Shown: positions 51,629 through 63,359 of the stretch, in pieces | Numbering within the stretch: position 1 is the first letter of the stretch | Layout: every line of letters begins with the position of its first letter | NCBI GenBank assembly: GCA_964106645.2 | Contig: OZ067044.1 | From: Podarcis pityusensis | Lineage: Eukaryota | DNA: 64,000 bases | Reading direction: 5' to 3' (one strand) | Made by a program: the position numbers and the translations under genes | Notes under the pieces: generated by a model | Told to the model about the DNA's origin: nothing | What the model saw: the letters and a program-made list of their open reading frames with translations, nothing else | Databases searched by the model: none

Positions 51629-52113
51629 CTAAAAATAAATAAAGAAATTTACTTTCCATCTTTAAAAAAATAAAGCATAGTTAAACATATAAACAGTAGG
51701 GGAAAAAACCCTGAACGTTTTCTGTACTATATGGCTTCTTACTGTGCATGCAGCAGCTAATATATACAGTACTGGCTTTTTAAAAACTGTGTTATGCAGT
51801 TCACACTGATCTAAAAGTTTCACTATTTATTAAAGTACATAATTACTAATAGTATTCTGGCTTCTTCCTCCTTGCTTTCTAAACTTCTCTCATTGTTGAA
51901 AAAGTAAAGCATGAATAAAACACGGTTACTAATTTTCTTGTGACTCTACATTTTAAAGCAGAAGAAATCCTGCAGAGTTCTTCAAAATGAACTACTAGAA
52001 CAGGAGCATCTGATTCCCTGCAACTACTAAATGTAGTTCAGAGTATATTTCTGCAGCACAAGCTGAAGACATTAAATAGTCAGGTGATACTTGCTAAAGT
52101 TAATGCTGTACAG

Positions 52114-52400
52114 CAAGGGCAAGAAACTTTTTTCAGCCTGAGGGCCACATTCATTCATGGGCAACCTTCTAAGGGCCACATAGCAGAAGTGGGTGCAGTC
52201 ACAGCTGTTCATCCTCTAGCCAAGCAAGCACAGTTCAAGGATGCTTTGCAGCCAGGAAAAAAAAACACTAGTGGGGATGCAGAGCACAGGGAAGTGAGGA
52301 GTGTGGCTAACTGTGATGGGTATCATGGCCCAAATAAGAGCCCTGAGGGACTGAACAAGAGACTTGAAGCCCACATTCAGCTTCCAGTCCTAAGGTGCCC
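52114..52400. mobile_element. Degraded hAT-like non-autonomous element
   Basis: Starts AACTTTTTTCAGCCTGAGGGCCACATT, typical of hAT/Charlie-like ends; the right end is uncertain. Confidence 0.45.
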
Positions 52401-52942
52401 TATTCATATTGTACACGTACACATTAAAACAAGCATCTAATGAAACCATTACTAACAGCTTACATAGTTCAAAGGCACAGTTTCCCATATGTGAAGAGGA
52501 ACCAATATATACCACTGCTGTCACATCAGAAAACAAGGCAACCCATCATGCATCTAGTTGTGTGTGCATATTAGGGGACACCATGTGCTCAGGGACACAG
52601 AGATCAATTAAGATCTTACAAAGACATACTATTTGAAAGCAAGTGCCATTGGCAATCATATATGGATGATAATGTTAAAAAGTGGTGGGGTGCAGTAAAC
52701 TTGTAATTTAAAACCAAAAATAGTCATGGCAGATCTGCAAACTCCTAGCTTCACAAGCCTAGTGCAGATCTAACAGTCCCTGTAGTGCTAATATTAGAAA
52801 CACAAGTACATCATATATTTTTTTAAAAATTAAGGCAGGTTCACCTACTTGGCCATTCCACAGGCTTCAGTGGTGGCTGGATTACATACCTAGCCAATGT
52901 TAAGGCAAGTGTATAGAGAAGCATCATTTTAGTGCTACGTAC

Positions 52943-53060
52943 TCTCACATTTGTTGCCAGCAGAAATGGTTCCTGGTCTCCACGGGGCCTGGTGGTAGCC
53001 AGGGCAACACTCGTTACAGCTCTCACCGCAGGTATTGTGCTCACATTGGCACTGAAGCTT
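52943..53060 (-). CDS. LAMA1: LAMA1 exon 7 (LEa)
   Basis: KLQCQCEHNTCGESCNECCPGYHQAPWRPG; AG/GT. Confidence 0.95.
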
Positions 53061-54059
53061 CTAAATAAAAGCAAATTATGACACAGCTCTATTACCTAAT
53101 GCCTTGGAAACAAAAATGCCTCTTTACCTGAGATCTTAGAACTAGCTTTTAAACATTTAGAGCAGCCTACAGGTTTGTATAGGACCATCTTGCCATGGTA
53201 TAAAAATCTATCTTGGAAGAGCAGCAGAAACTCATTCAACCTGTAGGAAGCAATGTAGTTCAGGGAAACTACAGTGTAAAAAGTGGTAAAAGGAGAGAGA
53301 AGGGAAGGGGGCAGAGTGAGGGGTAAGTTATTTTAAAATAGAGAGAGAGCAGTGGGAGTTGCTGGTGGATGACTGACAAACATTCACAAGGCCCTGCAAT
53401 ATTTAAGTATGGATGTCTGCATTGTCAGCAGTTTAGGGAGCATACCTCTGACTCGCCCCTTCCCTTATCACTTGTTTGTTTGTTTAAGTGCAATCCAAAC
53501 CCTTGACCAGCAGCAGTAGGGCTTAATGAAGCAGCACAGCCATCACTGCATCCACAGCCCTGCTGCTCTTGCTAGATGGGACGGAAGATTAGGAGAAAGG
53601 AGGGAATACCTATTTGCTATGCCAGCCACCTGGGAGGGACAAAACTCCAATGAAAGTTCAGCTTTTAAAGAGCTCCTGGCTTTTTCTGGCCAATGAGAGC
53701 CACTGTCAGTTTGTCAGATATGTCCTGCTTCCCAGGAAGGCATCCTGGGGCTTTGAATACTTGGTGGGGGATCACCTGAAATAAAATGACTGCTTGGCTT
53801 ACAGAAAACCATGAGGGGGAAGGAGATCAATGCCCTGTGTCTTAACCTTAGGGTTATTCTTCACCTCTTCTTCAATATATTTAATAAAACAAGGCAGAGT
53901 ATGTGTGCCTGCTGGAGTGCACGTGTGCAATTTCAGAATTTACTGTTAAAAGCAACACCACCACTGTACTTGAAATTCTGGGAGAAGGAAGTATTTTATA
54001 TGGGAAATGTAGAAATATTACTTCCAGATGAGCAAGTTGCTAAAGAGAAGAACTCTTCA

Positions 54060-54232
54060 AGTACATGAAGTGCTGTCACAAAGAACAGAGACCTGTTCTC
54101 CGCTGCCCCAAAGGGAACAACTAGATGTGATGGGCTTAAGCTACAATGTGGTAGGTTTCAATGGAGCATTAAGATAAATGTATTGATGGCAACAGCAGTT
54201 TAACAATGAAATCAATACCTACCCTAGAGGGA
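54060..54232 (+). mobile_element. Degraded CR1 fragment
   Basis: Resembles the CR1 ORF2 end/3'UTR region. Confidence 0.55.
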
Positions 54233-54419
54233 AGCTGAAATGGAATATGATAACACTGCTGTTGTGCACATAGTCATGATCGTAAGTGAAGTATATAAGT
54301 GGAGGTAGAGAAAAACCTCTAAGAAGTTTTGGTGGGTGAGAAGTTATTCAAGTTTGTAGAGACTGTATGAAGCTATAGTGTTTGCAACATCTCTCCTGCT
54401 GATCGTATAGGTGCGTGCG

Positions 54420-54442
54420 CACACACACACACACACACACAC
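54420..54442. repeat. (AC)n microsatellite
   Basis: Directly visible. Confidence 0.9.
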
Positions 54443-54495
54443 TTGTATATTAAAGGTTAGCTGTGTGTGAATGAATGAATGTGCTCAAGTGTGTA

Positions 54496-54730
54496 CAGTG
54501 GTACCTCGGGTTAAGAACTTAATTCGTTCTGGAGGTCCGTTCTTAACCTGAAACTGTTCTTAATCTGAGGTACCACTTTAGCTAATGGGGCCTCCCACTG
54601 CTGCCGCGCCACCGGAGCACGATTTCTGTTCTCATCCTGAAGCAAAGTTCTTAACCCGAGGTACTATTTTTGGGTTAGCGGAGTCTGAAGCGTCTGTAAC
54701 CTGAAACATCTGTAACCTGAGGTACCACTG
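54496..54730. mobile_element. Tc1/mariner (Tigger-like) MITE
   Basis: TIRs CAGTGGTACCTCGGGTTA / TAACCTGAGGTACCACTG; TA on left, CA on right. Confidence 0.85.
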
Positions 54731-55177
54731 CATATGGAAATAGCTGAAAGAATGAGCAAGGAAGACTTGCAAAATAACAAGAGTTTTGATAAGGTGTACA
54801 CATCCTGAAACATAGTTTCTTTATTTCTATATTCCTATGCAATCCTAAAACGATCCACTGGAAGTATAGTTCTAATAATCCTGTAAGCCTTCCTCGCGCA
54901 GTCAGTGTAACACCTGTGCCACATAGGCTTCACTACTTCAAAAGCCTATGCAGCGTAATACACATCTTTCCAGTATGGCTGAAAGGGCTGGAAGTGAGGG
55001 CAGACGACCCAGGCATTTATAATCTCACTAAATAATGAGCAACCAAGTAATGAACTAAGATGTATTTCTGTAACATTAAAAACTGGTTTCTGCAACATTT
55101 TAGCGGTATTCAGAAATTTGTTTTTCTTGAGACAGATGCATGTTTGCAGAGGGGGTGACACAAGCAAACAAACATAC

Positions 55178-55267
55178 CTTTGTGACTTGATCCAAAGGAC
55201 AGCTCCGAGCATGGCCATAGCAAATGCACATCCCTCCGACAGAGATGTCCTTTATTGAATAGTAGTA
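55178..55267 (-). CDS. LAMA1: LAMA1 exon 6 (LN/LEa)
   Basis: [30 protein letters not shown]; AG/GT. Confidence 0.95.
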
Positions 55268-55531
55268 CTAAATAAAGCAAAGTTTGATTTATAAAATCAG
55301 TTTCCTTTTAGTATTTGAAACAAGAAGTGCCAAAGTTCTATTTTTTTAAAAAACCAAACAAATCTTTCAGTTCAGGTGAAGTTTATACTAGTCAGGACTT
55401 ATTCATGGAAACGTAAATGAACAGGTATTTCTTTCTCTCCCTTCTCCCTGACATACACACACACACACAAAGAGCAAGAGCAGCAGCAGCAGCGGATCAG
55501 GTTTTCTCTTTTTGCTAGCATTACAATTCTT

Positions 55532-56154
55532 TTTTTTAAAAATTATTATTATTAATGTTATTCAAATACGAAAATAAAGGAAAAAAGAAAGAAAAAATAT
55601 GACATCAAACACCATTATAACATTCCACCTACATACAAAATAAAGCAAATTACTATTACCCCATGTGACTTCCACCAATACTCGACATTCTTTATATTTT
55701 CTTATTAATATTGCTTCTTTTATATATTATCTCTAATATTCCTAATATTAATTTCATCTATTTCGCCTTTACATACTTAGCCTATGCATATCAACATGTT
55801 ATCCTTAGAACAGTGTTTTTTCATGTAGTCCTCAAAGCATTGCCACTCCATTCTTAATTTTTGATTTGTTTGGTATCTTATGGCTGCTGTTAACTTTGCC
55901 AATTCTATAAAATCACATAATTTATTTATCCAATCCTCTTTAGTGGGGATGGTTTCCCCTTTCCAATTTTTTGCAAGTACTAGTCTGGCTGCGGCCATCA
56001 CATATAAAAATAGTCTTTTCTTATCTTGTGGGATATCTTTTTCTATTATACCCAATAGGTATGCCTCTGGCTTCTTTTCTATAGAAGTTTTAAACATTTT
56101 TTTTCAAATCTTTGTGAATATATCCTCAGAATTTATTAATTTTCTTGCGGCCCC
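55532..56154 (-). mobile_element. L1-clade LINE 3' fragment
   Basis: ORF KKPEAYLLGI...AAARLVLAKNWK...EDWINKL resembles a non-mammalian L1 ORF2 C-terminus; A-rich tail; 9-bp TSD ACAATTCTT at 55523 and 56155. Confidence 0.8.
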
Positions 56155-57054
56155 ACAATTCTTATGCTATATGTCATAATCTACTACAAGTAAAGTAAAA
56201 CTCTGCACGAACGTAAATCATTTGAAGCATAAATTACTCATTCAACTCAGAACTAATTTTGGCTTCAGGTATACTGATGTAACAACCAAATAACGTTTTG
56301 AAAAACGTCATCTGTGAGAATGCTAATGAGATCAATTTGGTCCAGAGGCTTTTTTCTGAGAATAGACAACATTCATTTTAGCTATTTTCAGAAGAGCTAA
56401 GTTAAACTAATAATTAGGGAGAATTGCTTAGCAAATGTAGCACTGACATGCCTTGATTCCCTCGATGAGACAAACCACGCATTCAAATGTAGATTTATGT
56501 CATCTGTCAAGCTTGTGTTGAACTTATACATTACATTGGTTATAGCGTCAAATAACAATAGTTCTGACATCATGTACTAATAATAATATCTACAACTAGG
56601 TATTGTTTAAACTGTATCATGCAATCTTTCTTTAGCATACAGACAAGTACCGTATAAAAGGTATTAAACAAGAAGGGTATTCTTGGAGTTGTGATGGAGG
56701 GGGATAGAAGATAAATTTAGGGGAATTGTGTTGTGTTTGGTTTTTCAGTTTTTAGGAACCAAATAGGAAAAGAACTGTAAGAATGTGGGGGCTGCGTGTT
56801 TCCACTCCTCACCATCCCCAATGTTTCTGGGTTCCCTCTCCCAGCCTTCACATCTCTAAGTACTAAGTACTTTGGACATACATCTCCAGCTTCACAAGCC
56901 ATGGATCAAGAAGCCAGAAATGATCACTGAGGCTGCACGCTCCTCTTCCACTTGGACACCGCTTTCAATGTGGAGAGCCTGATTTGTTTTAATGCAATTC
57001 CCCATTACATACGAAATGGGGAACTCTGCTTTAACACTGATTAACTAACTAGTA

Positions 57055-57134
57055 CAGGGCGAGTCTTTTAAAAGAGGCCCCGTGGAACATGTGTACTCTG
57101 TATCTACGGGGCCTCTTTTAATGTACACACCCTG
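57055..57134. mobile_element. 80-bp hairpin mariner-type MITE
   Basis: TA|CAGGG...CCCTG|TA; inner arms TAAAAGAGGCCCCGTGGA / TCTACGGGGCCTCTTTTA. Confidence 0.78.
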
Positions 57135-57480
57135 TATAATAAACTAGATTCATGCCCCAGAAATCCCCATCACATGGACAAATTTTACACTCATTGGGCA
57201 TCTTCTTACTGCTAATGGACAAATAGCTGGCAAATGTGGAGGGTGCATGTGACTAGCCTACATGCTTTTAACACATGAGGGGCTTCATCTGAACCTGCCG
57301 CACTTTGGGATGCATTCAAACGACATAGTGCCTATGAGAGAATGCTGCTTTATAAAATTACCATGTGACTTAAGTCCCACAATGGGTTTCAATCTTTCAT
57401 CAAGACATATTTGGAACAGACCCACTTAAGTACATTTACCAATTCCGATGGGTCTACTTTGAGTAGAACTAGATGTTGAG

Positions 57481-57813
57481 CCTCAGTGCCTAGAGCTTGC
57501 CGATCGAAAGGTCGGCGGTTCCAATCCCCGCGGCGGGGTGCGCTCCTGTTGCTCGGTCCCAGCGCCTGCCAACCTAGCAGTTTGAAAGCACCCCCGGGTG
57601 CAAGTAGATAAATAGGGACCGCTTACTGGCGGGAAGGTAAACGGCGTTTCCGTGTGCTGCGCTGGCTCGCCAGATGCAGCTTTGTCACGCTGGCCACGTG
57701 ACCCGGAAGTGTCTCCGGACAGCGCTGGCCCCCGGCCTCTTAAGTGAGATGGGCGCACAACCCTAGAGTCTGTCAAGACTGGCCCGTACGGGCAGGGGTA
57801 CCTTTACCTTTAC
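57481..57813 (+). mobile_element. Sauria SINE, CpG-rich (probably young) subfamily
   Basis: Core motifs; 12-bp TSD CTAGATGTTGAG at 57469-57480 and 57814-57825. Confidence 0.92.
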
Positions 57814-57895
57814 CTAGATGTTGAGTATCACCCAGATATAACACATATCCAATTCATATGGTTGGTTAAAACCCAGAAGAAAGCATATACCTTAC

Positions 57896-58075
57896 CCTTC
57901 TGGTAACAATAGGATCAAGATCTTTAGGATCATGGTGGCTAAGGGTCATGAGGTCCGCATTAAGGTTTCTTATACGTTGTAATCGAAGCCGGATGTACCG
58001 TGCAGAAGTAAACTCCAATAATGTTGGTGAAGGGTCATCAGCACTAGGTCTACCATTGATCAATGATGTATGGAT
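57896..58075 (-). CDS. LAMA1: LAMA1 exon 5 (LN)
   Basis: IHTSLINGRPSADD...DPIVTRR; AG/GT. Confidence 0.95.
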
Positions 58076-58941
58076 CTAAAAAGAAATAATGGTTTCTGTA
58101 TAAGCCTGTAAATAACACGTCGACATTTCAAAATACCTTCTGGGTGAAAAGTTTAAAATCAACCTCCGCACCCATCCCACAGTTGCCTCCGCCACAACAC
58201 CACAATACAAGCTGGGCATGTCTGTAAAGTAGTTACCAGGCTCAATACACTGTTGTGCTTTTCCTGCTCACTGCTGTCCTCATTAAGGGTGTTGAATGAA
58301 TTACTTTATAACTCACATCTCACAGAAATCGCTTTCCAGTCCGCAGATTAAATGCTGAGAGCGCATTTTTTAATGGGCTTCTGCAGGACGAGGGCAAAGG
58401 AAAGCAGGCCTGCAGCTAAAACACTGGCATAGGGATGCAGAATGAAACACTCACTGGGAGAGTAGGAATGTACTTGCCCTCAGCATTTTATGAACTTTCA
58501 TACCAATGCTTCAATGCTAGTTTTGATTCCCATGCAATGCATTATATACCCAACTAGATGAGCTAGAGGAAGAAAATCTAGGGAATAAAAAGATACACAG
58601 GAAGAACAAAAGCTGCCCCACAGTCTTCAATGTATTCTCAAGCACAACATAGTGGGGCAGCCCTTGGTCACCCCAGATCATTGGAATCTAATGCAGTCAC
58701 CTAAGGTTATATATGAATTAAACTTTTTCTATTTTATTTTTACTACACAATAAAAATATATTTTGTGTCTGTTTTGTACTTAGGCTATAACCCTTCAGAA
58801 AATTAGTTAGTATCTCCTGTGAAATGTTCTAAGAACTCAAACATGTTGACTTGTAATTTACTTCTGAAATCAATGGAATTTACTCCTTAGTAAGTTTATT
58901 TAGAATTGGATTCAGACAATCTAAAATACTCAGCAATCTTA

Positions 58942-59057
58942 GGGTGATTTTCAACTAAGTTTTACTCAGAGGAGACCGACAATAATTAACTGACTTAACT
59001 TAATCATTAGTTAATTTCCACAGATCTATTCTGAACAAACCTTAGTTGAATACATTC
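58942..59057. repeat. Palindromic MITE-like element
   Basis: TTCAACTAAG / CTTAGTTGAA arms; related to 45132-45244 and 30178-30290. Confidence 0.55.
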
Positions 59058-59219
59058 TTAGGCTTCAACAGATTTCACCCCCTTCAGCGAAGGAGACAAG
59101 GGCTAAGCTAAACATCCTGGAATCTGAACTAAGGTACCCAAATTAATTTCAGATTATGCTTCTGCTACAAATGTTGTTTTACACATCCCATTAAAAATCA
59201 CATGACATACTTGCTTATA

Positions 59220-59473
59220 CAGTGGAAACTTGGGTTGCGGATGTAATTTGTAACGGAGGCACGTCCGCAACCCGCAGCGTTTGCATCCTGAAGCGCCACG
59301 TCTGCGCAGGTACGATTTGGTGCTTCTGCGCATGCGTGAAGCGCAATTTAGCGCTTCTGCACATGCACGAGCAGCGAAACCCAGAAGTAACCCATTCCGG
59401 TACTTCCAGGTTTCTAGCAGTCTGCAACCCGAAAACATGTAACCTGAAGCGTCCGTAACATGAGGTATGACTG
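59220..59473. mobile_element. Tigger-like MITE
   Basis: TA|CAGTGGAAACTTGGGTTGCG ... GTAACATGAGGTATGACTG; CpG-rich. Confidence 0.78.
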
Positions 59474-60340
59474 CATATGCACATTTAGCCTAAAGTGTTA
59501 AAGTAACATATAAAAAAGATAACGTTGATAGCATTTTAGTCCCAAACACATTCAGAACTCTGACAGCTTTCAGTCTAAGAAAGAATTTGGAATTGTTCTC
59601 TTAGTGGATATTTTTATAAGGTCAACGCATAAAGACAGACATTCACAGTGAACTAGTCACAGATTTTAGAGCCTCATTTCCTGATGTCGCTGGCCTGGCT
59701 CTCTGATCTATAGTACAGAACCACTATGAACAGAGCTTGCTTTAAAGAAAGAACAATCAACTGTTGACCTGCACAATGCATAGCTCTTTTAATTAGGCTC
59801 TCTCTTTGAAACAATGCCAAGTCCTCCTTCAGAGCTCAAGCTACACAGAGTAATTTAGACAGCATTTTTAATTTTATGATCGAGTATCAGGTGATCCTTA
59901 AGAAAAGCATTAAAAAAAAAACAGAGCCCAAGTTTACACAAGATAACAGGAACTCTCAACAATTCACCACTGTAGATGTGTTAAGAGGTGCAAAGTTTTT
60001 ATAAATATAAACTGCAGCATCAAAGATAAGAGTGGGCTTCCTGTTCAGAAGCTGCTTCACCTCTCTTCCTGGAGTGAGATCAACAATGAACCTCCTCAAA
60101 TGTAAGCAAGCTTTCCCACAATAAGTAAAAAGTATTTTTTTAAAAATTGGGAAGATTCTGATCTTCAGAAACAAAATCTGCTGCAGCTGCTAACAATGAC
60201 AAATAAATCTTGATGGAGGAGAGAGAAGACCAGAATCTAAAGAAGCCTATTACTATCAAACTAAACATAAGAGCAGAGTGGTTTTACTACCCCCATGTCC
60301 AAGAATAAGAGGCATCTGAACAAACAAAAAGAAAACCTAC

Positions 60341-60583
60341 CTCTCCATGTTCAAGTGGGACTAGCTTAGAATAATAAGAAGTGCAGATAACTTCATCATC
60401 TCTCTTATATGTAGGAGGCCCAAGCCTTGGTGTTATGTTGTATCTTACTAGGCACTCAGTATCACTAACTGCATAGTACTGCCATGGCTTGAAATCAGTC
60501 CCATCCAGAGAACGCTCCAAAATCCAGTTTCCAGGTCGGGGAGCGTTAGCAGCTTTGATGATCACATAGGCAACTTGAAAGAC
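60341..60583 (-). CDS. LAMA1: LAMA1 exon 4 (LN)
   Basis: VFQVAYVIIKAANAPRPGNWILERSLDG...LVPLEHGE; AG/GT. Confidence 0.95.
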
Positions 60584-61986
60584 CTACAATAAATGTAAGG
60601 GGGGAAATGCAAGACTTAGTACTAACCTATGAAAATATAGTTTTTCAGAGTAGCTCAAAACCCAGGTTTCAACTATCTAACATCTATAATTATTTCTCAA
60701 ATTTTTAATGCTCTTGTTTGCAATGGAAATTGCTTTTAGCTCAATTTCCATAGCCTACACTTAAATTAAATAAATACAACCCCAACTTCAAATGCTATTT
60801 CCTATTTGGCCTTTACACAAGAGTTCACAAAGTTCAAATTTCTATAATTTCAGAAGTTCATACATTAGGACAAGGCATGTCATGGACAAGCATTAAAACA
60901 GGACGTGTACATACAAAGCATCTTGCTATACATAACATAATACAGAAAGTTGCACAATAAACGGTCCCTCAAGAATCCGCTGTTAGTTTCTATTAGCCTC
61001 AGGAAAGCATGCCAACATTTTTCCTTCAGGCTGAAAAAAAGAAATCTTGATGATCCAAAATATTATGAAGATTTAGATTTTTTAAAAATGCACTAAGAGC
61101 ATAAGCAACATTCAGCTTCATCCCTCAAATCACAAAAATTTCCTCCAAGCACTGTAGGAGAGAGAGCTTCGTGTAATTACTAGAAAAACCAGTTCTGAAC
61201 CAAACTTCAACCACAAGAGCTAATGAGATCCGCACAAATACTCCGTAGGTGATGGAACTCATTTCCAGCTGCAACCTGCCCTTATCAAAGAAGTGATTCA
61301 TATGGATTTAGGACAACTATAGGTCCTGTTAGAATACAAATTGTGAGTATTATCATAATTATTGTTTTTCCAGCAGAAGTCACTGTAATAAATAAGGAAT
61401 CATCCAAGTACTCATTTAGAGTGATATCCCTATTGTGGCATCCTGCCTGTACATCAGACTTCCGCTTCTGCAAACAGGACTTGCCATTCCTCTCCTCTCC
61501 CCTGCTGTCCCCATGCACCCCCAAAATTTACTCCAGCGGGGTGGGTATCCTACAGATCAGATGGGGTGTGGGGAAGGGAGGAAGGGAAATTCCAATGCAT
61601 ACACCAGTACAACCGATGCTCTGATGAGAATTGTGCAGTAAGTCCAACAGTCAAATGCGCTTATACAGTCACAGTGAGCTTGTTCTGGTGCAGCAGTAAG
61701 GACTTACCAACACCTTTCCTCTGCTCTTTCCAGGCATAGTCCATGCTTTTAAGTTCTGTGTCTGAGTATCCTTCATTAAGTAATGCATTAGGAAGTGTAA
61801 GAAAGACAGACAACCATTTTGGAGTTTTTTTTTAAAAAAACAACCAAAAACCCAAACTCCCAGTCTACCAAAGAGACCCTTCCCTTAACCTCTCTCCACT
61901 GTACTTTCTATAAACCAAAGATAAGTAGGAATTCTTTGATCATGCAACACACCAAAGCTACATACTTTTATACAATTTTTACTTGC

Positions 61987-62099
61987 CTGTCTTAAATCCA
62001 GAGTTATGGTTATCCAATGGTATTCTCTTCCGTTCTGAATGCTAGGACTTTGCCACCAGTTATTAGTACCATCTATAGCATTTGAGATAGGGTGTTGTT
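61987..62099 (-). CDS. LAMA1: LAMA1 exon 3 (LN)
   Basis: EQHPISNAIDGTNNWWQSPSIQNGREYHWITITLDLRQ; GC donor (gcaagt); 113 bp. Confidence 0.93.
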
Positions 62100-62344
62100 C
62101 TAAAATAAGCAAAAACAAATTAAGATCACGTTTCCCCTCTTCCCCCTTCACTTTTGCTGTTTTCGGTTATCATGATTACGATCTTACGAGTAAAGTACAT
62201 AGGTCATATACTATGAGCCCATGGTGGCTATGAGCCAGTTTTCACTGATATGTGAGTCAGATCTTTGAACATGGGTTTTTGGTGTTCTTATTTTATGCAT
62301 TTTATTTCATCTGTTGCCCACCACTGGTATGTTTATGATAAATA

Positions 62345-62424
62345 TGTGTGTGTGTGTGTGTGTGTGTGTGTACACAAGAATAAGTGGTATATGAATTTGT
62401 ACAAATAAATAAATAAATAAATAA
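62345..62424. repeat. (TG)n and (AAAT)n microsatellites
   Basis: Directly visible. Confidence 0.85.
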
Positions 62425-62730
62425 AGGTAAAGGACCCCTGACAGTTAGGTCCAGTCACAAATGACTCTGGGATTGCGGCGCTCATCTCACTTTACTGGCC
62501 AAGGGAGCCGATGTTTATCCCCAGACAGTTTTTCTGGGTCATGAGGCCAGCATGACTAAGCTGCTTCTGGCAAAACCAGAGCAGCACACAGATACACCAT
62601 TTACCTTCCCACCGGAGCGGTACCTATTTATCTACTTGCACTTTGACATGCTTTCCAACTGCTAGGTTGGCAGGAGCTGGGACCGAGCAACGGGAGCTCA
62701 CCCTGTCGCGGGGATTTGAGCCGCCAACCT
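62422..62730 (-). mobile_element. Sauria SINE, 5'-truncated
   Basis: AAAGGTAAAGG tail; reverse-complement core. Confidence 0.88.
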
Positions 62731-63188
62731 TAATTTGTACAATAAATACTACCTCCAATATTGGAGGTTATATGCCTCTGAGTACCAGCTTCTGGGGGGC
62801 ACAAGAGGGGAGAGTGCTGTTATAGTCATCTCCTATTTTAAGTCCCCCCATAGACATCTAGCTGGCCACTCTGAGACAAGTATGCTGGCCCAGATGTGCC
62901 TTTGTTCTGTGTCTTCTTATGTTTTGGGCGGTGGGGGAGAGTAATATGGACAAGCACAACATAAATTCAGATAGAATAAAACTTTCACACAGAACATAAA
63001 TGCATTCTAGACAAAAATAACACAATTAAATTTTAAAAAACAGAATTGTTGTTTCAGTCTCCACTGCTTCCACTGGGATTACTTTAGATTGTTCATGTGG
63101 CTAAACCAGTTGCATTCTTGAACCAGCTGAATACCATAGTCAGTGTCTCTTGGAACATCCAGAAAAAAGTATAAAGTAGTGAACTTGC

Positions 63189-63359
63189 CTTTGGAATTTG
63201 CACTATTGTGGTCACAGATCCGACACTGCGCGTTGCGTAGGGGCCGACCTGGAACATGCTCCACAAGTTTACAAAACATCTCAGGGCCCTTTTCACCGCA
63301 AGTAGCATTGGTGCTGATATGAGCATTGCTAGCAAGGTTTAAAATGGCAGGAAATAAAC
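63189..63359 (-). CDS. LAMA1: LAMA1 exon 2 (LN domain)
   Basis: GLFPAILNLASNAHISTNATCGEKGPEMFCKLVEHVPG; AG acceptor, GC donor (gcaagt); 171 bp. Confidence 0.93.

Larger units (their letters stand above)
1..63359 (-). other. LAMA1: Laminin subunit alpha-1 gene body (exons 2-59; 5' and 3' ends outside window)
   Basis: 58 exons with consistent phase; peptides match laminin alpha-1 (GLFPAILNLASNA, AAS-IKVAV, LG modules). Confidence 0.97.

Noticed and set aside
1-63359. Assignment to LAMA2 because of the LG3 polybasic site
   Set aside because: Diagnostic peptides (GLFPAILNLASNAHISTNATCGEKGPEMFCKLVEHVPG, IKVAV, LG4 sequence) match alpha-1
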